From: a virus
IMG/VR virus record: IMGVR_UViG_3300020578_000011
Length of the DNA: 64,000 nt
Strand: one strand, 5' to 3'
Part shown: positions 48,891-58,625 of the stretch, in pieces
Layout of the letters: every line of letters starts with the position of its first letter
How positions within the stretch are numbered: the first letter of the stretch is position 1
Notes under the pieces: model-generated
Seen by the model: only the letters and a program-made list of their open reading frames with translations
What the model was told of the DNA's origin: nothing
Database searches by the model: none
Translations under genes and position numbers: made by a program

Positions 48891-51326
48891 ATGTTTTCTG
48901 TTTCCTCATTAAGAGGATTGCATAGTAAAAGTAGCACTAATTCAATTATTAGTGTTCCAGGTTTTTACACTGATGGAATAGTGTATTCACAAATAAACTC
49001 TGGAGATTATTTATACATAGGTGGTGAATTTTCAAAAGTTGGTTCTTTATCTGATCTAAAGGTAAGTAGAGCTGCTTTTATAAACACATCTAATGCGAAT
49101 CTACATTCGACATTGAATTTATCTTTATTCGATGGAGATGTTAATTGTTCAGTTATAAGTGGTAACTTTATATATGTTGGTGGAAAATTTACAGCTTATA
49201 ATGGAACAAGGTCTTATAATTTAGCAAAAATATCATTATTAACTGGTCAAATAGATACAACCTTTAACACTGGTTACGGATTTAACACTGGCTATCAAGA
49301 GCCAGCAAAAATCGGAGAGGTTCTTGCAATAGAAATAGACGGTACAGATCTCTATGTGTGTGGTGATTTTTCTTATTACAATGGAACAAACAGTGCATCA
49401 AAACTTGCTAAATTAAATGCAAATACTGGAGTTTTTGATTCTACGTTTAATACAGTTAATGCTTTTGCCTATGGCCATCCCTATCACCTTGCTGTTGATT
49501 CTAGTGGCTTGTATGTTTCTGGTTCTTTTACTTCTTACAAGGGGACAACTAGACAATATTTAGTTAAATTAAATAAAACAAATGCTACTTTAGATACTAA
49601 TTTTGATAATTTAACTGGATTTAATAGTAATGTAAGTTCTATTGTAATCGACAGTACTCATTTATATGTGGGTGGAAGTTTCACTTCTTATAAAGGAACA
49701 ACGAGACAACGTGTAGCCAAAATAGACAAAACAACAGGGGCGTTGGATACTGGTTTCGATACTGCAAATGGATTTGATTCCTCTGTTAATTCATTATTAT
49801 TAGATGGAAACAATCTATATGTTGGTGGTAGTTTTACTACTTATAAAGGAAACACTAGACAACGTATTGTTAAAATAGATAAAACAACAGCAGCAGAAGT
49901 AGATGCATCTGGTACTGGCTTTAGTACAACTAGTGGATTTGATTCGGGTGTTACTAGTATTAAGTTGGATGCATCTGGGTTTTTGTATGCAGGTGGTTTT
50001 TTTACTTCTTATAAAGGAAACACTAGACAACTTATTGCAAAAATAGATAAAACAACCGCAATATTAGATGTTTCTTTTGATAGTTCTAACGGTTTTTCTG
50101 GAACATCGACAAACTACGGCGTGAGTGCCGCAAGTGTAAGAACAATATCTATAGCATCTGGAGTTTTGTTTGCTGGAGGTTATAATTGTCTTGATTATCG
50201 ATCTGTTAACAATGCTTTTAGCAGACGGGGTTTGGCAAAGATACATATCCCAACTGGAACAGTTGATACTATTTTTAATACCAGTAGTGGAATTTCTTCA
50301 TATGGTGTGATTTTTTCGATGATATTAGACGGCAACAATCTATATGCAGGTGGTGAATTTACTACTTATAAAGGAAACACTAGACAACGAATTGTTAAAA
50401 TAGATAAAACAACAGCAGCAGAAGTGGATCCAAATGGTACTGGTTTTAGTACTACTAGTGGATTTCCTAGTGGAAAAATTAATTCATTATTATTAGACGG
50501 CAATAATCTATATGTTGGTGGTAATTTTGGTTCTTATAAAGGAAACACTAGACAACGTATTGTTAAAATAGATAAAACAACAGCAGCAGAAGTAGATGCA
50601 AATGGTACTGGTTTTAGTACTACTAGTGGATTTGATAATACAGTTTATTCAATGGCATTATATGGAAACAATCTATATGTTGGTGGAAGTTTCACTTCCT
50701 ACAAAGGAAACACTAGACAACGAATTGTTAAAATAGATAAAACAACAGCAGCAGAAGTGGATCCAAATGGTACTGGTTTTAGCACAACTAGTGGGTTTAA
50801 TAATTGGGTAGAGTCAATAGTTCCAGATGGTTTAGGAGAATTGTATGTAGGAGGCATGTTTTCCTCTTATAAAGGAACAACGAGATTATGTATAGCTAAA
50901 ATAAATGCAACAACAGCTTCTCTTACGACTGCATTTAATGGTTCAGCTTCCTGGTTACCAGGTGGTTTTTATGCAGAAGTTAAATGCATATTATACACAA
51001 ATGGACAATTATTTATAGGTGGCTTTTTCAATAATTATAATTCAACTTTTAGGGTTAAAATAGCTAAAATAAATCCAACAACAGGTGATCTTGATACTCT
51101 TTTTGTGCCAGATCAGTTACTTGAAAGCGGAACAAGATGGTATCCAGGATTGCATGGAAATGCAACAACATATCAAACACCAGGCTATCAATCTACAGAT
51201 GCTGTATTTTCACTTGTAGACATAGGCGGGAGTAGGATAGTAGTCTCAGGAAGACATAACTCATATAGAGGATTGATTCAACCTGGAATAAGTATATTAA
51301 AAACTACAACAGCAGACCCTGTCTAA
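48891..51326 (+). CDS. Second beta-propeller repeat protein (paralog)
   Basis: Same repeat; similar N-terminus MFSVSSLRG. Confidence 0.75.
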   Translation: MFSVSSLRGLHSKSSTNSIISVPGFYTDGIVYSQINSGDYLYIGGEFSKVGSLSDLKVSRAAFINTSNANLHSTLNLSLFDGDVNCSVISGNFIYVGGKFTAYNGTRSYNLAKISLLTGQIDTTFNTGYGFNTGYQEPAKIGEVLAIEIDGTDLYVCGDFSYYNGTNSASKLAKLNANTGVFDSTFNTVNAFAYGHPYHLAVDSSGLYVSGSFTSYKGTTRQYLVKLNKTNATLDTNFDNLTGFNSNVSSIVIDSTHLYVGGSFTSYKGTTRQRVAKIDKTTGALDTGFDTANGFDSSVNSLLLDGNNLYVGGSFTTYKGNTRQRIVKIDKTTAAEVDASGTGFSTTSGFDSGVTSIKLDASGFLYAGGFFTSYKGNTRQLIAKIDKTTAILDVSFDSSNGFSGTSTNYGVSAASVRTISIASGVLFAGGYNCLDYRSVNNAFSRRGLAKIHIPTGTVDTIFNTSSGISSYGVIFSMILDGNNLYAGGEFTTYKGNTRQRIVKIDKTTAAEVDPNGTGFSTTSGFPSGKINSLLLDGNNLYVGGNFGSYKGNTRQRIVKIDKTTAAEVDANGTGFSTTSGFDNTVYSMALYGNNLYVGGSFTSYKGNTRQRIVKIDKTTAAEVDPNGTGFSTTSGFNNWVESIVPDGLGELYVGGMFSSYKGTTRLCIAKINATTASLTTAFNGSASWLPGGFYAEVKCILYTNGQLFIGGFFNNYNSTFRVKIAKINPTTGDLDTLFVPDQLLESGTRWYPGLHGNATTYQTPGYQSTDAVFSLVDIGGSRIVVSGRHNSYRGLIQPGISILKTTTADPV

Positions 51327-51499
51327 TTGTTAGACAAAGAATTTAATTCTGTTATACCGCCAACTATTTTAGTTAATTCTATATTAATTTCTTCAATTCT
51401 CTTAGATAGAGAATCTCTTTCTTCAACTAAAAGTTGTATTTTTTCTTTTAATTCTTCTATTCTATTTTGAATTTTTTCATATAACATATCTTCATTCAT
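51323..51499 (-). CDS. Small coiled-coil protein
   Basis: MNEDMLYEK..., with TAATG coupling at 51499. Confidence 0.65.
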   Translation of the reverse strand: MNEDMLYEKIQNRIEELKEKIQLLVEERDSLSKRIEEINIELTKIVGGITELNSLSNN

Positions 51500-51645
51500 T
51501 AGCAAAAACCTTCTCCATTGCAAGTTGGACAATAGCCATGATACCAAACGTAATTGCCATCTAAGTTTTTATTTAGAGTTTGAATTGCTTCCCAACCAGA
51601 TCCACTGCAACTTTTACATTTATATATTGATGCTTTATTTATTAT
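51499..51645 (-). CDS. Small DnaJ-type Zn-finger protein (start unclear)
   Basis: CKSCSGSG and CPTCNGEG. Confidence 0.5.
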   Translation of the reverse strand: MINKASIYKCKSCSGSGWEAIQTLNKNLDGNYVWYHGYCPTCNGEGFC

Positions 51646-52153
51646 CTTTAATATCTTCAGTAGATAAATAAGCTTTCGCAAGATTGAAAAACCATTCCGG
51701 CTTTTCTCTTTTTGTCCATTTTGGTTTGATTTTATCTTTAGACCATTTGATGAGAAAGCCAAATCTGTAAGCTTCGATGACATTTTCAATGTCCTTTCTC
51801 AAAGAACAATTGGGAAAAGGGGTAAGATCTCCCTTTTCAACTAGATGTCTTTGATTATACAAAGAATCAAATGTCACTGTATAAGTTTTATGAATTTTTC
51901 CGTATCGATGTGTGTACTCATTGCTCATTGCAAGTAATAGTTCAAGATGCCATTCGTAATTAGAATTAGTATCACCGGTCCAGATAGTGCAAGGATGCTT
52001 TTTCCACGCCACTCGATACGGAGCAATTCCACCATGTCTATCGATTGCAGTTGACAACATTTGAGCAGATTCGATTATCATCTTGTTTAATCTTTTGTCA
52101 TCTAGATGCTGTGCACATTCTATAGGATCATCGGACGTAAAGAAGATATTCAT
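51635..52153 (-). CDS. Pyrimidine-dimer glycosylase (DenV-like) family protein
   Basis: MNIF...DKRLNKMIIESAQMLST...HPCTIW...EYTHRYGKIH. Confidence 0.75.
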   Translation of the reverse strand: MNIFFTSDDPIECAQHLDDKRLNKMIIESAQMLSTAIDRHGGIAPYRVAWKKHPCTIWTGDTNSNYEWHLELLLAMSNEYTHRYGKIHKTYTVTFDSLYNQRHLVEKGDLTPFPNCSLRKDIENVIEAYRFGFLIKWSKDKIKPKWTKREKPEWFFNLAKAYLSTEDIKDNK

Positions 52154-52170
52154 CGAATCTGCCCCGTGTT

Positions 52171-52482
52171 TTATTCAGTTACCTTACGAACACTTGTAAC
52201 TAGAAAAGAAACAGGTGAACCAACAGATGGTGAGCGAAAACCACTCGGCCATTCTGATGCCGTAAGAGTACTAAGAGCACGACGATTTACACGAAACAAA
52301 ACCGTGCTGCTTTTTCCAGAATATTTACTCTTAATAGTTACACGATACTGTTGTCCATATTTAAGCTTAGAACGATCAAGACCAAGTTGACCTGGCGTTG
52401 TTCCAACCGTGCTACCTCCTGCTTCGTTAAGATGAAAAGTACCAAGATTTCCACTGCTTAGATTGCTAGATACGTTACCCAT
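52171..52482 (-). CDS. Hypothetical protein
   Basis: Strong SD GAGGAG and its own upstream intergenic region. Confidence 0.75.
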   Translation of the reverse strand: MGNVSSNLSSGNLGTFHLNEAGGSTVGTTPGQLGLDRSKLKYGQQYRVTIKSKYSGKSSTVLFRVNRRALSTLTASEWPSGFRSPSVGSPVSFLVTSVRKVTE

Positions 52483-52582
52483 ATATATATCTCCTCTTGT
52501 TTGGGTTTTTTAAATCTCTAAGATATTTTTACCTCAAAAATATTAACACTAGCTAATTAAATCATTAAATCCTCCCATTAAA

Positions 52583-53047
52583 TTATCTAACTTTATAAAT
52601 TAGTTCTATATAACCTTCTTCTGTTAAAGAAGATTCTATTTTTAAATCTGCCATTGTCATTATTTCATTAAAGTCTTTATATATATCTTTTGCTATTATT
52701 TTTCTAACTCCACATTGCCAAAGCATCCTCATACACCTGCAACAGGGTGTCATTGTACAAACAACAAAAGTATTTTCCATTGATATCCCATGTTGAGCTG
52801 CGTTGCATATTAAATTTTCTTCTGAATGAATCATGTATTTATATTTATCAGGTCTCGTTGACGGCAGTATGCTATCGTTTGTACCTCTAACAAAACCATT
52901 ACATCCGGTTGCAATAATTGCACCAGAAGATTCTTTTACCAAGACAGAGCCAACCTTTGTTTCCATATCATGACTTCTCAATGAAGCCACTTGTGCAAAA
53001 TTCATGTAAAAAGAATTTTTAGACAATCGAGAAATCATCAAGTCCAA
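52583..53047 (-). CDS. dCMP deaminase
   Basis: KVGSVLV, GCNG, HSEEN, TMTPCCRC. Confidence 0.9.
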   Translation of the reverse strand: MDLMISRLSKNSFYMNFAQVASLRSHDMETKVGSVLVKESSGAIIATGCNGFVRGTNDSILPSTRPDKYKYMIHSEENLICNAAQHGISMENTFVVCTMTPCCRCMRMLWQCGVRKIIAKDIYKDFNEIMTMADLKIESSLTEEGYIELIYKVR

Positions 53048-53714
53048 TTGGAACCTCTCTTGAGAAAAAATGCTTTCGATTATATCTATTTTCTAATATT
53101 CTTTCTATATCTATAACTCTATGAATATTTAAGATATTATAGCCTAATAAAACAACACCGGATTTTAAATCCATATTTAAAATTGTATATTTTTTATTTT
53201 TCAATGTTAACAAAGAATCAGATACATAAATAGTATCTCCAGCTTTTAACTGATTAAAAAATATCACAAATTTTTCTTTAGTCCAATTTTGAGAATTTTG
53301 TGATATTTTTTTATTATATCTATTTATTTTTGCAATAGTTTTTCTTCTTTCTTTATGTTTTTCTTGTTGCTCTTTCATGTAGTTATGATTTTGATCTATT
53401 AAAGTAGAAACCAATTGATTTTCATCTGTTTTTAAATTTAAATATTCATTTAAACATCTAGGTTTTCCATAATTCTTTCCATCTTGCAACAACTGTCTGC
53501 CTATTACAAGACCTGGTTCTACTACTTCATCGACTATAAAAAGTGTATTATCTATTCTTTGACCTCTAGAATCAACACGATAAACATGATCCCCATTTTT
53601 TGGTAAAATTTGATTTTTTAAAAAATTATAAAGATCAATAAATCTATATAATTTTTTATCTTTAAGCATAGCTTCTTTAAAAGAGGCATGTTTATCTTTA
53701 AACAAGATCGTCAT
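53019..53714 (-). CDS. Hypothetical protein
   Basis: Long ORF; probable ATG at 53714. Confidence 0.7.
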   Translation of the reverse strand: MTILFKDKHASFKEAMLKDKKLYRFIDLYNFLKNQILPKNGDHVYRVDSRGQRIDNTLFIVDEVVEPGLVIGRQLLQDGKNYGKPRCLNEYLNLKTDENQLVSTLIDQNHNYMKEQQEKHKERRKTIAKINRYNKKISQNSQNWTKEKFVIFFNQLKAGDTIYVSDSLLTLKNKKYTILNMDLKSGVVLLGYNILNIHRVIDIERILENRYNRKHFFSREVPIGLDDFSIV

Positions 53715-53919
53715 TAAGTTCCTCTTTGTCTTTAAGAAAGTCATATTCATAGTTTATTTGTTTATCTGGTATTTTTTGAGACTTGTATCTAAGTCCTTTT
53801 ACCTTTTGAGTAATCTTACCTCTAATAGGACAATTGTATGTTATTTCAACCCATATTTCAGATTCTATTAATTGATTTTCTGGTTGTGTTATTTTTTCTT
53901 TTTGTTTTTTTTTGCTCAT
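53698..53919 (-). CDS. Hypothetical protein
   Basis: Coupled ORF. Confidence 0.7.
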   Translation of the reverse strand: MSKKKQKEKITQPENQLIESEIWVEITYNCPIRGKITQKVKGLRYKSQKIPDKQINYEYDFLKDKEELNDDLV

Positions 53920-54476
53920 CTAATACAACCTCTTCCTAATTCATAAATGTTTCCGTATTCTGCTATTAATATGTTTTTTATTGCACCTTGATAAATAGAA
54001 ACAATTTTTGGAGCAGATTTTGATTCTACAAACTCAACCCAAGTGCACAAGTCTCCATACGCAAGACCTTCCCAATATGCTGCAATTGGAGTTGTTAATG
54101 TTGCAACAAATCTATCGCAATTATCTTCAGCATATGCTTTTTGATTAAGCATCAATGCTTCATTAGTGTTTTTAATAGACTCAGATATATCTTTATCATT
54201 TTCCATTTTTCCAGATTTTATATGCTCAATAGAAGGATTAAAGGCCGAATTTCTCGGCGCAGACAAATCTACAACAAGATGAAATCTTGTCATGGTCAAC
54301 AAGACGGCTATTGGGCATTTTATAGATACGACAACACGTGGTATCGAAAGTATTGATGGTTTAAAGACATTAGAATAATATTGATTAAGTATGTGTTTGG
54401 TTTTTTCCCCATCTGGAGAAGAAGAAAATAAATAAACATATCCACTATCTAACACGGGCAATAGATAAGGCTTCAT
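53916..54476 (-). CDS. Degenerate ThyX-fold protein
   Basis: VLDSGYVYL, IKCPIAV, DRFVATLTTP, IYQGAIK follow the ThyX layout; the RHR..S..SxR motif is absent. Confidence 0.55.
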   Translation of the reverse strand: MKPYLLPVLDSGYVYLFSSSPDGEKTKHILNQYYSNVFKPSILSIPRVVVSIKCPIAVLLTMTRFHLVVDLSAPRNSAFNPSIEHIKSGKMENDKDISESIKNTNEALMLNQKAYAEDNCDRFVATLTTPIAAYWEGLAYGDLCTWVEFVESKSAPKIVSIYQGAIKNILIAEYGNIYELGRGCIR

Positions 54477-54874
54477 TTATCTTCCTCTGATGAGTTTTCT
54501 ATTATTTTAGCCTTACTAGTATACTCTGTGCTATCGAATGTCTGCAGCATACGCTCGAGTAAGATATCGGCAGCTCTAAATTGAACATATTCAGTTGTGT
54601 CTATATCTAACCATCTGCAGGCTTTTTTATAATCTTTATTTAAGATATAAACTTTTGCATTATTTTGATCTTCTGTCCACATTCTAGATACTTCTTGTAC
54701 CATTTCATCAAATGAATAAGGACCGTGTATTGTTGTACAAATAAATCTACCCTTATCTCTTGGGCCCGATGACACTGCTACGGTGAACACTTCACTATGT
54801 AGGTTTGACAAATCCATATGTTCTGTTAGAGGATTAAATACTGTTTCTAATTCTAGAGATTCTTCTGTATTCAT
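54473..54874 (-). CDS. Hypothetical protein
   Basis: ORF; GGGGAG SD before ATG 54874. Confidence 0.7.
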   Translation of the reverse strand: MNTEESLELETVFNPLTEHMDLSNLHSEVFTVAVSSGPRDKGRFICTTIHGPYSFDEMVQEVSRMWTEDQNNAKVYILNKDYKKACRWLDIDTTEYVQFRAADILLERMLQTFDSTEYTSKAKIIENSSEEDK

Positions 54875-54913
54875 TTTTCTCCCCCACAACATTTTTATAT
54901 AAAAGAATCGGAT

Positions 54914-55684
54914 CTAACCTATCATTTTTAAAATAACTGAAAGATCTTTTTCATACATATGCATCGAATGAGCTATATGAGTATATGAGCCTGTTTTTAA
55001 ATTTGGATATTTATCTAATAATTCTAGAGTCATTTTATTTTGTAAATAAACAAAAAATGGAACATCATAAACTGTTCCTCTTAATACATCATTGCTGCGC
55101 ATTACCGCGGTCATGTTTAAATTTTCATTTCTTATACTAAAAGAAACATGCATCGTACATGGAAAATCTTTATTACCAATCCACGCATGATAAGGTTTGT
55201 TTATTCTCATTACTGCTTGTCTTGAATCTTTGTCATTCAATAAGCTCTGTTTAGCCCATTCCCATGGGGTTCTTTTAAACGAAGACATATCACATGCAAG
55301 AGTATTTGGATATGATTCATACGAGCCGTCGCCTTCGCTGTGATCTTTCATTGTTAAAAAACCATAGTTAGAATTTACAGTACCATCTGGATTTGCTATT
55401 TTATTCCAAAACTTACTTATCTTAGTGGCCGACTCCACTGATCTAAAACCAGACAGATACCATTCCATTTCTTTTATAGTATAGTCTTTTATTATTGTAT
55501 TTCTTTCTAAATCATTTGTAATAATAGATTCTGAAGTAGGTTTTTTTACTTCAAAAATATAATTAGATATTTCTCTAATCAATTGCCCACGTGGAGACGA
55601 CAGATTTTCATAATTTTCAACTATATTTTTTAATAAATCTAAATACGCCTCACTAGTTGTCGTATATGTTAATTTGTTATTCAT
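54914..55684 (-). CDS. Thymidylate synthase-family enzyme, dCMP hydroxymethylase-like
   Basis: SPRG, EMEWY, NSNYG, DSRQA, DFPCT, MRSND....YD, HSMHMY. Confidence 0.8.
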   Translation of the reverse strand: MNNKLTYTTTSEAYLDLLKNIVENYENLSSPRGQLIREISNYIFEVKKPTSESIITNDLERNTIIKDYTIKEMEWYLSGFRSVESATKISKFWNKIANPDGTVNSNYGFLTMKDHSEGDGSYESYPNTLACDMSSFKRTPWEWAKQSLLNDKDSRQAVMRINKPYHAWIGNKDFPCTMHVSFSIRNENLNMTAVMRSNDVLRGTVYDVPFFVYLQNKMTLELLDKYPNLKTGSYTHIAHSMHMYEKDLSVILKMIG

Positions 55685-55686
55685 GA

Positions 55687-55878
55687 TTACTTCTTGATAT
55701 TAAGATTAGCCGTTGAAGAACAAAGATTATCGTATGCTTCGTTTAAAATATATGATGCTTTTGTTATTTCATAATTATACTCTTGAAGAACAGCTGCTCT
55801 TCCATATACATATCCACATGTGAAGATAAGAGACGTACATATAACAATAATCCAGTTTCTCTTATCTCTATTACTCAT
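55687..55878 (-). CDS. Small membrane protein
   Basis: N-terminal hydrophobic helix. Confidence 0.6.
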   Translation of the reverse strand: MSNRDKRNWIIVICTSLIFTCGYVYGRAAVLQEYNYEITKASYILNEAYDNLCSSTANLNIKK

Positions 55879-56245
55879 CTTGAGTTTCCTTCAGTATTTT
55901 TTCTATTTGATGATGCCAAACTCCATAACCATATCTTTTTTTTGTTATTCTTTTTAAGAGTTGACCGCCTCGATTAAAGATATGAGTAAAAATAAAAGTA
56001 GATTCTTTTACAGAGAGTCCACTTGGAGTTTTGTGATTTGGATTGTATTTTTGCAAAGCAACAAAAACCTCAGTCAGTAAATACTGACGAATATCTTTTA
56101 TTGTAAGACCAGAGTTTCCAAGAAAAACATCTTGTTTATCTTTGTTAAGAGATGCCTCTCTCCAATTTTTTATAACTGATTTTCTAATATATGAATCAAC
56201 CATTGATGTGTATTTTTTCACATCTTCATCGGTTATTTTTCTCAT
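55871..56245 (-). CDS. Sigma70 region 2-like small protein
   Basis: KYTSMV...DIRQYLLTEVFVALQKYNP...ESTFIFTHIFNR. Confidence 0.55.
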   Translation of the reverse strand: MRKITDEDVKKYTSMVDSYIRKSVIKNWREASLNKDKQDVFLGNSGLTIKDIRQYLLTEVFVALQKYNPNHKTPSGLSVKESTFIFTHIFNRGGQLLKRITKKRYGYGVWHHQIEKILKETQDE

Positions 56246-56246
56246 T

Positions 56247-56756
56247 TTAGCCGCCGTATTTTTTATTTAAATCTTTGCACAATTGTAAAAGAACTTTTTC
56301 ATTCATTTTTTCTTTTTGATTTGTTTCATATATGGCAATAATTAGATTAATTAATTCCTGATTGTTCGTTAAACAATGTTCCATTGAGCCGTATAAAGAT
56401 AGATGTGAAGCTTGTTTATTGATTAGATTAACAAAATAAACTCTTTTATCTAATCTAGAACCTTTTTGAGAAGCTTTCATGTCATCGAGCTGACTTGTCA
56501 ATGAGGTTAGGGCATGGATCATTGTTTTGATTTTGTTTACAGAATATTCATTGTTTTCTGTTTGTAATTGTATATTTTTACGTACTAAATTATAAAAATT
56601 TTCACTAATATCAAACTGATCTGGCATTGCGTTTATAAAAGCACTGTTTTTAGGATAAAAAACATTTTTAGTAGAAGACAAAACCATGACTCTGGATGGT
56701 GGTACTATTTTTTCTACAATTTTAAGTAATTTTTCTAAATAGACAAAATTGCTCAT
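56247..56756 (-). CDS. Hypothetical protein
   Basis: Coupled ORF. Confidence 0.7.
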   Translation of the reverse strand: MSNFVYLEKLLKIVEKIVPPSRVMVLSSTKNVFYPKNSAFINAMPDQFDISENFYNLVRKNIQLQTENNEYSVNKIKTMIHALTSLTSQLDDMKASQKGSRLDKRVYFVNLINKQASHLSLYGSMEHCLTNNQELINLIIAIYETNQKEKMNEKVLLQLCKDLNKKYGG

Positions 56757-57508
56757 AATACCTCCTGAATAGAATAAATCGCTTTACCTGAGTGCGTCAT
56801 TAATTTAAATCTAGTAAGATTAGTGTAGGCCGCAAGATCTCCTGTTTTTACATAACTATCACACCATTCTGCTATAGATTTCATTACTTCATATTTTCTT
56901 ATTCTAAATAAATTATTTTGTATATTTACATATATACCTTCGCGCAATTGAAATCCTAGTGATCTATTGTCTTTACTTCTTGTTGAAGAAGCAATTCCAA
57001 AAATATCACACAATTCTAATATTCTTTTTCTTTCATAATATTTATAGTCAAAATAATTCCATCTATAAAAATGTTGCAATCTATGCATTGCATACTCTAA
57101 TAGATCCTCGTTATCTATAGAGGTTTTTTTCTTTTTAAGAAAAATATCATGACTTGATTCTCCGGTAAAGATATCTATTTCTGTGTCTTTATGTAATTCT
57201 ATTTCAAACAATAATTTAAAACGAACTGGATCGACCACATAATCACTTAATTCTGTTAAAAATTTACTTGGATTAGATGCTTTCATAATTGCAATTGTTT
57301 CAGTAATTGCGCTATTGCAACTGTGTAGCATGTCTATAGAAGCGTATCTAGGATCGGTTGTTGCAGATTTTAAAATATGTTCTTTTGATAATTTTACAAT
57401 ATCTGGAAAATTAGAATATAAACTTTCTACATTGTCAACAAATGGCTCTGTTGCTTGGCTAATGAAATCAAGGTTTTCATAAAAATCATCTTTATAAATA
57501 GAATTCAT
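56753..57508 (-). CDS. Hypothetical protein
   Basis: ORF with GGAGG SD. Confidence 0.75.
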   Translation of the reverse strand: MNSIYKDDFYENLDFISQATEPFVDNVESLYSNFPDIVKLSKEHILKSATTDPRYASIDMLHSCNSAITETIAIMKASNPSKFLTELSDYVVDPVRFKLLFEIELHKDTEIDIFTGESSHDIFLKKKKTSIDNEDLLEYAMHRLQHFYRWNYFDYKYYERKRILELCDIFGIASSTRSKDNRSLGFQLREGIYVNIQNNLFRIRKYEVMKSIAEWCDSYVKTGDLAAYTNLTRFKLMTHSGKAIYSIQEVL

Positions 57509-57540
57509 ATGCCCTCCCTGGAAAAGAATAGAATCGGAAA

Positions 57541-57834
57541 TTACTCCGGCATTGAATATCCTAGTTCTTTAGCTTTCTTCATAGAAAGCGAACCTCGTTC
57601 TTCTCCAGGTCTTTTTGTTCTTTCAACGCCAAATTTATCAAAATTTACATAACGACCTTCTAATTCAACTAATTGATATACTGTTCCAAATTGATCTTGA
57701 AAATGATGATTAACACCTTGTTGTTTTACTAACTCTTTAATTATTGATTGATATTCTTCAAAAAATCTTTTTACTTCTTCTTTTTTTCTATCCAATTCAA
57801 TCAACCTTAAATGAAGCTCAGTCAAGTGATTCAT
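57541..57834 (-). CDS. Hypothetical protein
   Basis: Coupled ORF. Confidence 0.75.
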   Translation of the reverse strand: MNHLTELHLRLIELDRKKEEVKRFFEEYQSIIKELVKQQGVNHHFQDQFGTVYQLVELEGRYVNFDKFGVERTKRPGEERGSLSMKKAKELGYSMPE

Positions 57835-58052
57835 TAATCAAAATCTCCCATTATTAGTTGAACAATGTCTAATTCATGGTCTTGCTTTTTCTCAGCAGGG
57901 CCATATTGACCTGTGTCTAAAAACCAATACCCGCCTTGTTTTGGTTTACTAGGTTCAATAATTATTCCATATGCATATATAGAACTTTGATCAAATATTT
58001 CGACTTCTATTCCATTGCGACATTCATATATGCCGCCCTGATCAATTTTCAT
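57834..58052 (-). CDS. Small conserved phage protein
   Basis: G.YECRNG..V.I...DIV pattern. Confidence 0.7.
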   Translation of the reverse strand: MKIDQGGIYECRNGIEVEIFDQSSIYAYGIIIEPSKPKQGGYWFLDTGQYGPAEKKQDHELDIVQLIMGDFD

Positions 58053-58053
58053 T

Positions 58054-58293
58054 TTATGCTTCTTCTTTTCTTGCTTTTAAATATAAATTTGCAAGATTTA
58101 CTGCTTGTTCTAGTGAAAGAATACTAGTGTCATCGCGATCAACTGACCATTCTAAATCTGTACATAAAAACTCATCTGTTTCATTTTGAACAACATACAT
58201 ATATTTGTTTGGTCTAATTTTTCTGATCCAAATGCCATGTTTTGAATCAACAAGAAATTCTGTAGCAATTTTAATCATTAATTTCGTATCCAT
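58054..58293 (-). CDS. Hypothetical protein
   Basis: AGGAG SD before ATG 58293. Confidence 0.65.
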   Translation of the reverse strand: MDTKLMIKIATEFLVDSKHGIWIRKIRPNKYMYVVQNETDEFLCTDLEWSVDRDDTSILSLEQAVNLANLYLKARKEEA

Positions 58294-58301
58294 AGAATCT
58301 C

Positions 58302-58625
58302 CTATATAACAAACCAATCATTTTTCTTCTTATCAACTATTTCATATAGTTCTTCTTTTGATATGTCCATTATCTTGGAAGCAAAATCAATAGAGATCAT
58401 ATCTTTAGATACCATTCTAATTAAAATTTCATTTCCAGATGGGAATGGAATCGGATCTAACTGGTTTTGTTCTAAAAGCCAGTTGTGCATTGTCCATTTT
58501 ATTTCAAAATTCTTTTTATCATCAATATTGGCAGATGACCACAGTGCTATGGCATACCATTTTTTGCATTGCTCATATAAGATTTTATATGAACGTTTTT
58601 TATTCTTCTTTTTCTGAGTCGTCAT
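58302..58625 (-). CDS. Hypothetical protein with C-terminal HTH-like segment
   Basis: ISIDFASKIMDISKEEL. Confidence 0.6.
   Translation of the reverse strand: MTTQKKKNKKRSYKILYEQCKKWYAIALWSSANIDDKKNFEIKWTMHNWLLEQNQLDPIPFPSGNEILIRMVSKDMISIDFASKIMDISKEELYEIVDKKKNDWFVI

Noticed and set aside
52171-52482. N-myristoylation-like start MGNVSS implying a eukaryotic virus
   Set aside because: Strong SD sites, DnaE, TerL, portal and operon coupling indicate a bacteriophage, so the match is likely coincidental.
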